A stretch of DNA of 62,407 nucleotides, filler included, from Basidiobolus ranarum (lineage: Eukaryota), in NCBI GenBank assembly GCA_040143965.1. It is 26 parts of 26 records of this genome, joined end to end, with 100 filler letters (N's around TTAATTAATTAA, not from the genome) between each part and the next. Parts side by side here need not be neighbours in the genome. Positions count along the whole stretch, not along the records: positions 38,537 to 40,836 come from JASJQH010010376.1; positions 40,937 to 43,235 come from JASJQH010010377.1; positions 43,336 to 45,634 come from JASJQH010010378.1; positions 45,735 to 48,031 come from JASJQH010010379.1; positions 48,132 to 50,428 come from JASJQH010010380.1; 21 more parts are not named here. One strand, 5' to 3'. Below the pieces are notes generated by a model. The model saw nothing but the letters and a program-made list of their open reading frames with translations. It was not told where the DNA came from and did not search any database. Numbering within the stretch: position 1 is the stretch's first letter; every line of letters begins with the position of its first letter. The position numbers and the translations under genes were made by a program. Below are positions 38,678 through 50,528 of the stretch, piece after piece.

Positions 38678-39360
38678 ACATTTATCCCTAAATAATTTCA
38701 ATAGTATAAACCCTCTTGCATCCAATTGGAGCTCTTCTTTGTCAAGTAGTTCATTTACTTCAAGACAGTCCTTCTTGGAATGCTTGGTTGAGTCACAACA
38801 TACACAATTAGATGGCTAGAAAGATTGATAGGTTCCTCTTTGGTAGGCCCATAATTTTATTGACCTGAGTATTTGTCCTTCAGAATGATATGAAAGTCAA
38901 AATATGACACTATTCATAGTATTTGGACCTAAATCTCCAGTGCCAATAGATTGTCTGTAGGAGACTTTAATTTCAGAATTTGAATGGCTGTCCAATAGTT
39001 TGGTGATGAGTGATTATTTATTAAAAGCTAACATCATTGAGAATGGTATCGCTCCAAATATCAGTAAATTTGGAGCTTTTTTTGCTCTAGATTCTATCAG
39101 ATCAATGAAGTTTATGCAATTAGATATATAAATTACTACTAATTCAAGACAATACTAGTCTCTATAATATTTCCATCAAGATTACAAAATGCACACTTAT
39201 ATTAACTGGTGAAATTGTTAGTCTTACTTCATAGTTGAGATAAGCCAGAAGCCTGGGGCTCAGCTGGAGCCAGAACTTCCAATTAGATACTATACATCTA
39301 CAATTCAACAATATGCCAATCTTGCTTACCCAAGTGTAAAGTGGAAACTGCAACTTGAAT

Positions 39361-40800
39361 CCCTAACAGAATTTTGGGGATTATTATTGTAGGAAAACCA
39401 TCTCAATTTTAATCTATTTTAGATTCACCATTTATTTCCCAACATAATATTTTACACTTTGATTTAATTTTAGTCAATTTTTTCAGTTTCAGTTGTGAAA
39501 TTTCAAGATCTTGCAAAATAGTTGTACATGATTGGCTACAATCTCAGGGAGCTATAGAACAACACACGTGCAAGAAACATAACTCAAATTTTACATATTC
39601 ACCAGTTGAATGCTAATTTATTATCTTTGAAATCCCTAGTTTCTTTAATATATACTCCTGAATATTTTTATAGAGTTCTTCATACCCAAGGCTTACCTCA
39701 TATCCAACACAAGTTTGTGTTACTATTTCCATTAAAGCCCACCATTGTGTAATTATTGCTGAATTAACATTCTTCCAGCTATCTGGTGGATACCCTGCAA
39801 TTTTTTGCTACTCTGTATTAAGCTCTTCCCAGATACCTGCACAGTCAACACCACACTGAACATCAAGTTGGGGCTAGTTTCAACACTTTGAAAAGTACTA
39901 GTTGAGGTTGGAGAGCCATGAGTTTTATTTGCTGGTGTTTTAGCTTGTTGACAAATGCCAAGTGTTGGATAAACCTCCAAATTTGATACTTTTCCAACTG
40001 GTGTACCCAGTTCCATGGTGAAATTAAGCTTTTTTGCCATTGTATCTGACTCTGGAATTGCAGATATTTGTTATGGTGTGAAGAACTTGGTAAGTGGGAC
40101 TGTAGAGCCTAAACTCAGTAGCTCCTTTGCTTTTACCTTGTGTTTACTAACTTCCTGCTGAATGAGTACTTCTTTAGCATCTTTTCTTTCATTTCTGAGT
40201 CAATAATTACATACATTTTGAGTTGTTTCATGAATAGGCCTATACTAGCACAATTGCCATTTGCTTGCAAAAGCCCAGGATAAGCCACATGAAATAAGTG
40301 AAGAACCTTCAGAGTAATGCCTGGTTTTTGGTTTTTCCACAATTGGCTCAAATTCAGGTGATTTTAGGCAAGATTTCACACATTTTCCACAATATTAAAC
40401 CACTCATCATCAGACCTAGTGACGGCAGCTATGACATTCAGAGTCTTTTGGTTTGCCAGTTTTTGCATGAGTTTTCTACTTCCATAAGCCTAAGTAACTA
40501 GGGGTTGTTGTGCAGGCATAATGGTCTTACACATATTCTGCTCTGCTAGATTGTCATGGTGACGTTCATATGTATGGTGTGGGATTGATTGAAATCCCAT
40601 ATGAGAATGGATGGAGGGAGCAGCATGTTGCTGTAGCTCAAGTACAGCATTCTGAAGGTCTTGTATCATTGTTGAGTGACTCTCTAACTGTTGACTAGTT
40701 GCTTCCAAACGCTGCATTAATTGCAATATTGCAGCATTATTGCTTGTCATGGCCTGTATAGCAACTTCATAGTTTTTACTTATGATTGCATACAAATCAT
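39361..40800 (-). mobile_element. CACTA-like end A plus nearly full accessory ORF (degenerate)
   Basis: CCCTAACAGAA at 39361. ORF pieces at 40490-40795, 40133-40351 and 39753-40040. Confidence 0.85.
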
Positions 40801-41326
40801 TACGGTGTTCTGCCTGCGATTCCCTTATTGTAATAANNNNNNNNNNNNNNNNNNNNNNNNNNNNNNNNNNNNNNNNNNNNTTAATTAATTAANNNNNNNN
40901 NNNNNNNNNNNNNNNNNNNNNNNNNNNNNNNNNNNNAAAAAATCATTGTCACCAATTGTGGCAGCCATATTGTTTCTTATAGTGTCTGATTGAGTGTTAT
41001 AGGACCCAGCCATGGTAATTGACAGATTGTGCCAGATGGTGTACTAGCAGGCTGGATCAAGCAGCACAATCTGACCAGGTCTGATGGAACAATTCTATGG
41101 ATTGATAGTATTATTTTTCCAACTGTAGTTGACAGTACTGATAGTGTGATATGATTGGCTACAAAACCTAGGTAAGTTTCATAAGAAAAAAAAAGTAGAC
41201 ATAATGAGATAGTATTGATATGCCCTGTGAATATAATTAAGTCAACATATTGGTAGGTCATGATGCTGCCTCACTACATTGACTCCTCTTTGAATTTTGA
41301 ACTCAAGCAAAAAAACAAACACAACA

Positions 41327-43235
41327 CCCTAACAGAAATTTGTGGATTGGTATTGTAAGAAAACCATTAAAGTTTTAATCCATTTTGGATTCACTGCTTA
41401 CTTACCATTGTAAAATTGCTAACTCAGATTTGATTTTAATCAATTCTAACATAACCCAAATTTTACATATTTACTACTTGAATGCTAATTTGTTACCTTC
41501 AAAATCCCTGGTTTCTTTGATATATTCTCATGATTTTTTTTTTAGAGTTCTTCATACCTAACATTTAGCTCTTATCCAACATCAGTTTGTATTAATGTCT
41601 CCATCAAAGCTCACCATTGTACTAACATTGCTAAATCAACATATTTCCTGCTATCTGGTGGATACCCTGCAATAGTGTGCCACTCTGTATTAAGTTCTTG
41701 CCAAATATCTGCATGGTCAACATCAGACTGAATGTCAAGTGGAATGTTGCTCTTCTGCAGCCACTTTCTATATACTTGCACTGTGTTTTTCCCTTCATAC
41801 TTTTGAAAATACTCCTCAAGCACTTTTACTATTTTTCTCTATCCTTGTAGTAAGACACTACTGAAGGTGCCTTGCAGTGTTTGTGCAGCTTTTTCCTTAC
41901 CTTTGACTTTGAGGCTAATTTCAAAACTTTGGAAAGTACCAGTTGAGGTTGAAGAGCAATAAGTCTTAGTTGTTCATGTTTAGGCTTGTTGAGGGATGCC
42001 ACATCTTGGATATACATCCATATTTAGCACTCTTGCAATTGGTGTACCTGGTTCCAAGGTAAAATTATGCCTTTTACCAGTATATCTGCTGGTATATGTG
42101 ACTCTGGAAATACAGGTCTTTGTAGTGATGTGCAAAATTTGATAGGTGGGACAGTAGTGCCCAAGCTCCCTGGCTCTCTTGCCTCTGCCTTGGGTTTACA
42201 AACCTCCAGCTCCTTGAGTACTTCTTTAGCTGCTTCTCTTTTGTTTTCAAGTCAATAATTGCAAAAATATTGAAGATGTTTCATTAATTGGCCTATACTA
42301 GCCCAGTTGCCATTTGCTACCATAAACTCAGGATGAGCCCTATTAAATAAGTCAAGAACCTTCAGAGTAATGCCTGGTTTTTGATTTTTCAACCATTAGC
42401 TCAAATCAAGGTGATTTTGGGCAAGATTCTGCACAGTTTCCAAGATGTTGAATTACTCATCATTAGAGCAAGTGACAGCAGCTCTTACATTTGGATTTTT
42501 TTGGTTTGCTAGTTTTCCTATGAGACTTCAGCAGTTTTGGGTTATTGTATAGGCTTAATGGTCTGACAAGTATTCTGCTTGGCTAAAATGTTGTGGTGAT
42601 ATACATAGGTATGGTGTGGGATTGCTTGACATACCATATGCTAATGGATAGAGGAGCAGCATGTTGCTGTAGCTCAAGTACAGCATTCTAAAGGTCTTGT
42701 ATCATTGTTGAGTGACCTGCTAACTGCTGACTAGTTGCTTCAGAACTCTGCATTAGTTGCATTATTGTGGTGTTATTGCTTGTCATGACCAGTATAGCAA
42801 CTTTGTAGTTTTTACTTATGATTGAATACAAATCACCGTAACAAAAAAAATCAATTTGATCAACATCAGATCCACCCTCCAAAATAGCAAAACTATCAGA
42901 GAATCATCACAATATTGTTGGCTTGCATTCTGCTAGGGATTTTGATGGAGTGATGGTGGTTTCTTGATGGTGTCTTAACGGTATTCATACATGTTAAAAT
43001 ATTGAACCTCAAATTTGGCATGCGTTATTCAATATCCAGCAATTTATACAAAAATATAATTTTTAAATGGCAAATTGCTGGGTTTACTGCTGTAGGAATC
43101 TGAATTAATATGCTTGCCTTTATTTAGATATTTTAGGCTTTGTATTCCAGCCATCATGAAAGTCATAAAATACAAGAATCTTGTTGTGTTTAGTATCTAC
43201 ATATGCACATATTTGACTGATTAGACATAACTCAA
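41327..43235 (-). mobile_element. CACTA-like end A plus accessory ORF, interrupted at 42836 by an end B of the same family
   Basis: CCCTAACAGAA at 41327. Homology to contig 38537-40836 breaks at CCGTAACAAAA (42836). Confidence 0.85.
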
Positions 43236-43748
43236 NNNNNNNNNNNNNNNNNNNNNNNNNNNNNNNNNNNNNNNNNNNNTTAATTAATTAANNNNNNNNN
43301 NNNNNNNNNNNNNNNNNNNNNNNNNNNNNNNNNNNTTCGAATTGTGAGTTTCTTCATTCAAGCTCAGAGACCCTTGCATACTAGGATTCAATGAGTTCAT
43401 GATGTGTGTTGATTAAGGGAGATGTAACAATATTCAGTGATATCCAACGATATATATACTCAGTTGAGTCAAAAGCAAATAGAAATAGAGGGGATGGGCA
43501 GTGTAATAGACTGTAAAATGAATAACTTGTGCACCCAACATTCACATGAATGTTCTTTTGGTGAGCTATAGAAGGGTACATTTCGAGGACTTTTCCATAG
43601 TTGAATAGCACTTTTCTTGGTGGAATATTCTTAAGATGCCTTTCCATTTTCACGCTCTAATAATCACTCAATGCTAAGTGTTTTATCTACAGAATTGGCC
43701 ATTGCCATGATTAAAAACCACTATTTTTCATTCAAATACTCGTTCGTT

Positions 43749-44618
43749 ATGATAGCTGCTTGTGGACTACTAGGGTTTCTGAGCTTGAATGAAGATACTC
43801 GCACTCTGAATTCTTACAAAATCAATCAATAGCTTCGAAAACTGTGATGATTATGATGATCAACGGCGTTATGCATTAGATCCATCCTCCGAGAGGTCAG
43901 AGCAACATTGCTGCTGTTGTCGGAGTCGTGCTGCAAAAATTGGAAGTTGTCTAGCGCTGCTAGTAATATTGGTTTTGATTTGTGGCGCAACGATAATTTA
44001 CAAGGCACAGAATCAGATTTCACTTGATATAACGGGATTCACTTATTCTAATGCACATCAGACTGAACAACAATTAGTGAATTGGGCTAAGACTAATCCT
44101 ACCAGCCTTAAAGATCTTAGCCTAAGTAGCAATGCAGTAATATACCTACGTGGTTATCGTAACGGAATTATGGATATCAAAGTGAAGAACATAAAAGTTG
44201 TGGTAAGTCTCCTTGACAATATCTACTATACAAGTCTCATTGACAGAATACTAATCCATTACTTCAGGGTATATTCGGTGAGGACACATCTTCAAGAGTG
44301 GGAGAGGGGGCTTTAACCTATCCGATAACAATCAACCAAAGAGGTGGGATTTTCCCAATACCATTCAAGTTTTCCTTCAGCGCCACTGACTCTGCTTCTA
44401 CCTCTTCACTGATTCATGTGCTTGAAACTTGCGAGTTGGTGAATGGAACACGGACTTTGTACAAGAAATATGAAGTTACCTTGGATATACCATTAATCAG
44501 TTGGACTGGTTATAAACCTACAAAGGCCATATCTGGATGGACTAGTTGTCCCATCAATACATATACCCTTCCGAATGCTACTGCTATTAAACAGCTGTTA
44601 AACGAGATAATAAACTAA
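43749..44618 (+). pseudogene. Single-pass membrane protein, LEA_2/WHy-like, two exons, frameshifted near 43811
   Basis: CCCC-basic-TM N-terminus. The intron 44203-44267 (GTAAGT...CTAAT...CAG) joins ORFs 43969 and 44298 in frame. A 2-nt deletion relative to the other arm shifts the ATG out of frame. Confidence 0.65.
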
Positions 44619-44681
44619 TTCTGACAGAAATGGCAATTACGGTGGATTAAACTTGAAATCTGCACCGAATTTACCGTAAAG

Positions 44682-45196
44682 CAATGGATTAGTGTTCTGT
44701 CAATGAGACTTGAATGGTAGATATTGTCAAAGAGACTTACCACAACTTTTATTGTTCTTCACTTTGATATCCATAATTCCGTTACGATAACCACGTAGGT
44801 ACATTACTGCATTGCTACTTAGGCTAAGCTCTTTAAGGCTGGTAGGATTAGTCTTAGCCCAGTTCACTATTCGTTGTTCAGTCCGATGTGCACTAGAATA
44901 GGTGAATTCTCTTACATCAAATAAAATATGATTCTGTGCCCTCTAAATTATCGTTGCACCACAAACATCAATCAATATCACTAGTAGAGCTAGACAGCTT
45001 CCTATCTTTGCAACACGACTCTGACAACAGCAGCAACGTTGCTTTGACTCCTCAGAGGAAGGATCTAATGCATAACGTCGTTGATAATCAGAATCGCCAC
45101 AGTTTTTGTAGCTATCGACTGATTCTGTATGAAGATTCAGAGTGCGAGTTTCTTCATTTAAGCTTAGAGACCCTTGTAGTTCACAAACGGCTATCA
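44682..45196 (-). pseudogene. Inverted, 3'-truncated copy of the LEA_2-like gene
   Basis: MIAVCELQGSLSLNEE...CCCCQSRVAKIGSCLALLVIL, then a premature TAG (43969-frame Tyr changed to stop). Ends inside the intron. Confidence 0.7.
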
Positions 45197-45734
45197 TGAT
45201 GAACGAGTATTTGAATGAAAAATGGTGGTTTTTAAACGTGGAGATGCCCAATTCTGTAGATAAAACACTCAGCATTGAGTGATTATTAGAGCGTGAAAAT
45301 GGAAAGGCATCTTAAGAATATTCCATCGACAAAAGTGCTATTCAATTATGGAAAAGTTCTCGAAATGTACCCTTATAAGCCACCAAAGGAATATTCATTC
45401 AAATATTGATATATGGCTGTAAATGTTGGGTTCACAAGTTATTCATTTTACAGTCTATTACGCTACCCATTCCCATTCCCTCTATTCTTATTTGCTTTTG
45501 ACTCAACTGAGTATATATATCGCTGGATATCACTGAATATTGTTACATCTCCCTTAATCAACACACATCATGAACTCATTGAATCCTAGTATGCAAGGGT
45601 CTCTGAGCTTGAATGAAGAAACTCACAATTCGAANNNNNNNNNNNNNNNNNNNNNNNNNNNNNNNNNNNNNNNNNNNNTTAATTAATTAANNNNNNNNNN
45701 NNNNNNNNNNNNNNNNNNNNNNNNNNNNNNNNNN

Positions 45735-48031
45735 TATAGGTGTTTAGGCAATGCTAAATTCAACACTCTCCCTCAACTTAATAGTCATAGAAACTAATCT
45801 TAATAAAGGTCTAAATTTCTCAAATTTCTGTCTTGCTAATAGTTTTGTTAATATATCAGCAATCATGTCTTCTGTAGGGCAATAAGTTAAGTCAATAAAT
45901 CAATTCTCTTTAGTCTCTCTAATGAAGTGATCCTTAATATTAATATGTTTGCTTCTATTATAAAATATGGGATTTTTAGCTAATTTGATGCAACATTGAT
46001 TAACTTGAAATATTGTAGTTGGTGAATTTTTAGAATAACCTAAATCTGTCAAAAGTTTTCTTAATCATATTGCTTCCTTTGCTGCTTCACAGGCAGCCAT
46101 ATACTCAGCTTCTGTTGTTGAAAGTGCTATGGTAGGTTATTTCTTTGAATTCCAAGATATAGCTCCATTACAGCAAAGAAATACCTATCCTGTTGTAGAC
46201 CTCCTGTCTTCAATATATCTTTCCCAATTTGCATCTGAATATCACATCATATTAAAGTTTGATCCGGAATATGTGTATTCTAATTACAGATCCACAACAC
46301 GTTTGAAATATCTGAAAATGCACTTAACTGCTATGATTTAATCAGATCCATACTTTTGAAGACATTAGCACATAACTCCCACAGAGTATGCAATATCTGT
46401 CCATGTTCCAACCATGATATATATGAAGCTATCAACCATAGATTGATAACAAAATTTCTGGCTTTCATTTGAGTCCAAGAACATCTGATTTGAGCCATTT
46501 TTGGTCAAGTAAATATTTGTCTCCATTAGGGTAGATACTTGATTAAAATATTCCATTTCAAGCATCTTTAGTATATCTAGGATATCCTTAGACTGGTTGA
46601 AAGTCATTGTCTTGGTAGTTCTATCTATCTTGATTTGAATTCCAAGACAGTACATCAGTTCATCTAGATCAGTCAATTTAAATTTGACAGATAAACAGGA
46701 TTTGGTTTTCTCCAAAGTCTTCAAGTCATTTGTTGCTATAATAAGGTCATCTACACATAAGCCTAATTGAACTGGGTCTGTCTTATATGGCCCAAAGTAG
46801 ATACTATAGTCAGCATTATTCTTTTGGAATTTGAGTGTTTCCAAAAAAGCATTGATCTTGCTATGCCAAGCTCTCAGTGATTGTGTTAAGTCATACAGTG
46901 TTTTCCAGAGTCTGCATACTTTTTTAGGATTTTCTGGGTCCACAAATTCATCTGGCTGGTCCATATAGTTCTCCTCCACAAGCTCACCATTCAAAAAAGC
47001 AGTTCTAACATCTATTGCATGTATTATAAACTGATATTTAGCTGATATTGTTAAAATCAATTTAATTGAAATAAACTTTGCTACAGGAGCAAAAGTTTCT
47101 GTATAATTCATTCCAGGTGTTTGGGAATAGCCTGTGGCAACTGGTCTAGCCTTTTACCTTTCTATATTGCCATCAGAGTTGTATTTAACTTTAAGCACCC
47201 ATTGGCAGCCAATTGATTCTCTATTATCAGGTAAGTTGGTTAAAGTCCAAGTTTGATTATTAATCAAAGCCTGGTACTCATCAGCCATTGCAGATCTCCA
47301 AACTTTCATGTGAGGGCCATTCAGGGCCTCTTTTACACTCTGAGGTTCATGTATTTGAGCTGTGCAGGCATAGGCCCAATTTTGGGACTCATTGATATAG
47401 CATTCAGGTGTTTTCCTGATCTGATTTTATCTCCTGGTCTAGGACAAAGGTACTACAGCTTCTGGCATTGTTGTGGGCACTTCAGTAGGCACACTTTTGG
47501 TTGAAGGGTCCACAGGAATGCCATTTTCTTCATTGCTTTGGTTTGAATCAATTTAAATGACTGGATCAGGAGAAAATTGACTTTCAACATCATCTAAGGT
47601 GATTTTGGGCAAAAATCTTTCATTTTCATTAAACTAAACATCCCTAGGCTTGATTGACTTGAAAATTTTGGTATCATAGAGTCTGTAGGCCTTAGTTTGA
47701 GTACAATAATCCAGAAATATACATTTCTTACTCTTTGGATCAAATTTAGATCAATTTTTAGTCATAATTTTGATATAAACAATGCATCCAAAGATCCTCA
47801 AATGTTTACATCAGGTTTAAGTCCAAACCAAGCTCAATATGATGCATCATTAGACCAACTTCTAGTAAGACTCCAATTCTTCAGATATACAGCTGCAGCA
47901 ACTGATTCTGCCCAAAGGTCATGAGATAAATTTTGTGCATATATCATAGATCTTGCCATTTCTATTATAGTCCTGTTAGCTCTTTCAGCAACTCCATTTT
48001 GTTGAGGTGAATAGGGGGCAGTAGTTTCTTG
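45735..48031 (-). mobile_element. Ty1/copia family A pol (integrase-RT-RNase H), PPT and LTR start
   Basis: APYSPQQNGVAERANRT, NYTETFAPVAKF, DVRTAFLNGEL, CVDDL and STTEAEY motifs. The LTR begins at 45765. Confidence 0.95.
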
Positions 48032-48131
48032 NNNNNNNNNNNNNNNNNNNNNNNNNNNNNNNNNNNNNNNNNNNNTTAATTAATTAANNNNNNNNNNNNN
48101 NNNNNNNNNNNNNNNNNNNNNNNNNNNNNNN

Positions 48132-48620
48132 CTATTTGCCAAGTGTCAGTGCTATTCAAAATTTCAGATGTTTGGCAATTTTTCCACGGTTGTTTGCTTG
48201 TAAAGCATATTTATGTTGTTGAGTTATGTCTAATCAGTCAAATATGTGCATATGTAGAGACTAAACACAATGGGATTCTTTTATTTTTTGATTCTCATTA
48301 TGGCTGGAATACAAAGCCTAAAGTATTGACATCAAGGCATGCATATTAATTCGAATTCCGACAGCAGTAAACCCAGTAATTTGCCATTTGAAAGTTATAT
48401 TTTTGCAAAAGTTGCTGGTCATCAAATAATGCATGCCAAATTTGAGGATCAATATTTTAACATGTATGAATACTGTCAAGATACCGTCAAGAAACCTCCA
48501 TTATACCATCAAAATCCCTGGCAGAATGCTAGCCAGCAATATTCTGATGGTTCTCTGACAGTTTTGCTATTTCAACGGGTGGATCCAATCCGGATCAAAT
48601 TGATTTTATTTTTGTTAGGG
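48132..48620 (+). mobile_element. CACTA-like element end B
   Basis: Ends TTTTTGTTAGGG. Confidence 0.85.
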
Positions 48621-49420
48621 TTTAGTCAACTTTATGGGAAGAAAAAAGAATCTTTGTCTATGTTTGGAGATTTAAAACACTTGTGGAGACTGAAACTGGG
48701 ACCAATATCATGAAAATGCAATCTGATAATGGTTGATAATATTCTTCAACACTATTTAATCACTTTTGCAAAGTTCATGGTATTAAGCAAAAAACTATGG
48801 CGCTCTATTCATCTCAACAGAATGGAATTGCTGAAAGAGCTAACAGGACTTTAATAAAGATGGCAAAATCTATGATAAGTGAACAATGTTTATCCATAAC
48901 TTTTGGACAGAATCTGTTGCTACAGCTGTATTTCTGGAGAATAGGAGTTTTACTAGAAGTCTGTCTAACTCTGCACCATATGAAGCTTGGTTTCCGATTA
49001 AACCTGATTTAAAACATTTGAGGACCTCTGGATGCATTATATTTGTTAAAATTATGACCAAAAATTGGTCTAAAGTTCATCTAAATAGTAAGAAATGGAT
49101 GCTTCAGGGCTATTATACTCAAACTAAAGTCTACAGAACCTACAATATAGAATATCAAAGTTAAGCAAGTGCAGGGATGTTTCATTTAATGAAAATGAAA
49201 CATTTCATCTAAAATGACCTCAGATGATGATAAAAATTAATTTTCTCCTGATCCAATCATTCATATTGATTCAAACCAAAATGATGAAAAAATGGCATTC
49301 CTGTGGTCCCTTCAACTGACACTCTGCCTACTGAAGTGCCCAATACGACACCACAAGTTATAGTACCTTTATTCAAGACCAAGAGATCCAATTGGATCAG
49401 AAATAGCCCTGAATACTATA
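48621..49420 (+). mobile_element. Ty1/copia integrase fragment (family A)
   Basis: SDNG, YSSQQNGIAERANRTL and FWTESVATAV motifs. Reverse-complement match to 47400-48030. Confidence 0.9.
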
Positions 49421-50428
49421 CCCTAACAGAAGTTTGAGGATTTTTATTGTAGCAAAACCATCACAATTTTAATCCATTTGGGATTGGCTGTTTACTTACC
49501 ATCATAAAATAGTCAAATTAGACTTGATTTTAATCAATTTTTTCACTTTCAGAAGTGAAATTTCAAGATCTCACAAAATAGGTGCAAATGATTGGCTAAA
49601 ATCTCAGAGAACTATGGATCAACACATGTGCAGAAAATGTAACTCAAATTTTACAGATTTACCACTAGAATCCTAATTTGTCACCCTTGAAATCCCTAGT
49701 CTTTCTGATATATTCTCCTGAATATTTTTATAGAGTTCTTCATACCCAAGGTTTAGCTCATACCCAATACAAGTCTGTATCAATATCTCCATCAAAGCCC
49801 ACCATTGTATTGACATTGCTGATCAACATTCTTCCAGCTATCTGGCAGATACCATGCAATATTGTGCCACTCTGTATTCAGTTCTTCCCAGTTATCTGCA
49901 CAGTCAACACCAGACTGAATGTTAAGTTTGATGTTCTTCTTCTGAAGCCACTTTGTGCATGTTTGCACTGTGTTCTTCCCTTCATACTTCTGAAAATTCT
50001 GCTAAAGCGCTTTGAATATTGTTGTACATCCTTATAGTGTAACACTACTGTGGGTGCTTAGTGGTGTTTGTGTGGCTGTTTACTTGCCTTTAAGTTTGGG
50101 GCTAATTTCAACACTTTGAAGAGTACCAGTTGAGGTTGGAGAGCTACAAGTTCTATTTGCTGGTGTTTTGGCTTGCTGAGAGGTGCCAGGTGTTGGATAA
50201 ACTTGCAAATTTAGCACTCTTTCAACTAGTGTACCCAGTTCCATGGTGAAATTAAGTTTTTTTGCCAGAATATTTGACTCTGAAAATGCAGATCTTGATA
50301 ATGCTGTGAAGAATTTGGTAAGTGGGACAGTAGAGCCTAAACCCACTGGCTCCTTTGCTTTCCCTTGGGTTTACTACCTTCCTGCTCCCTGAGTACTTCT
50401 TTAGCTGCTTTTCGTTCCTTTCCAAGTC
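49421..50428 (-). mobile_element. CACTA-like end A plus accessory ORF
   Basis: CCCTAACAGAAGTTTGAGG at 49421. Confidence 0.85.
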
Positions 50429-50528
50429 NNNNNNNNNNNNNNNNNNNNNNNNNNNNNNNNNNNNNNNNNNNNTTAATTAATTAANNNNNNNNNNNNNNNN
50501 NNNNNNNNNNNNNNNNNNNNNNNNNNNN

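Larger units (their letters stand above)
43336..45634. repeat. Large inverted repeat: arms about 43336-44263 and 44682-45634, spacer about 420 bp
   Basis: The contig start is the reverse complement of the contig end (ttcgaattgtgagtttcttcattcaagctcagagaccc...). The arms are essentially identical over the outer ~110 bp and diverged further in. Confidence 0.95.

Noticed and set aside
49678-50037. 119-aa hydrophobic plus-strand ORF
   Set aside because: Antisense of the transposon accessory ORF and not kept open in the other copies.
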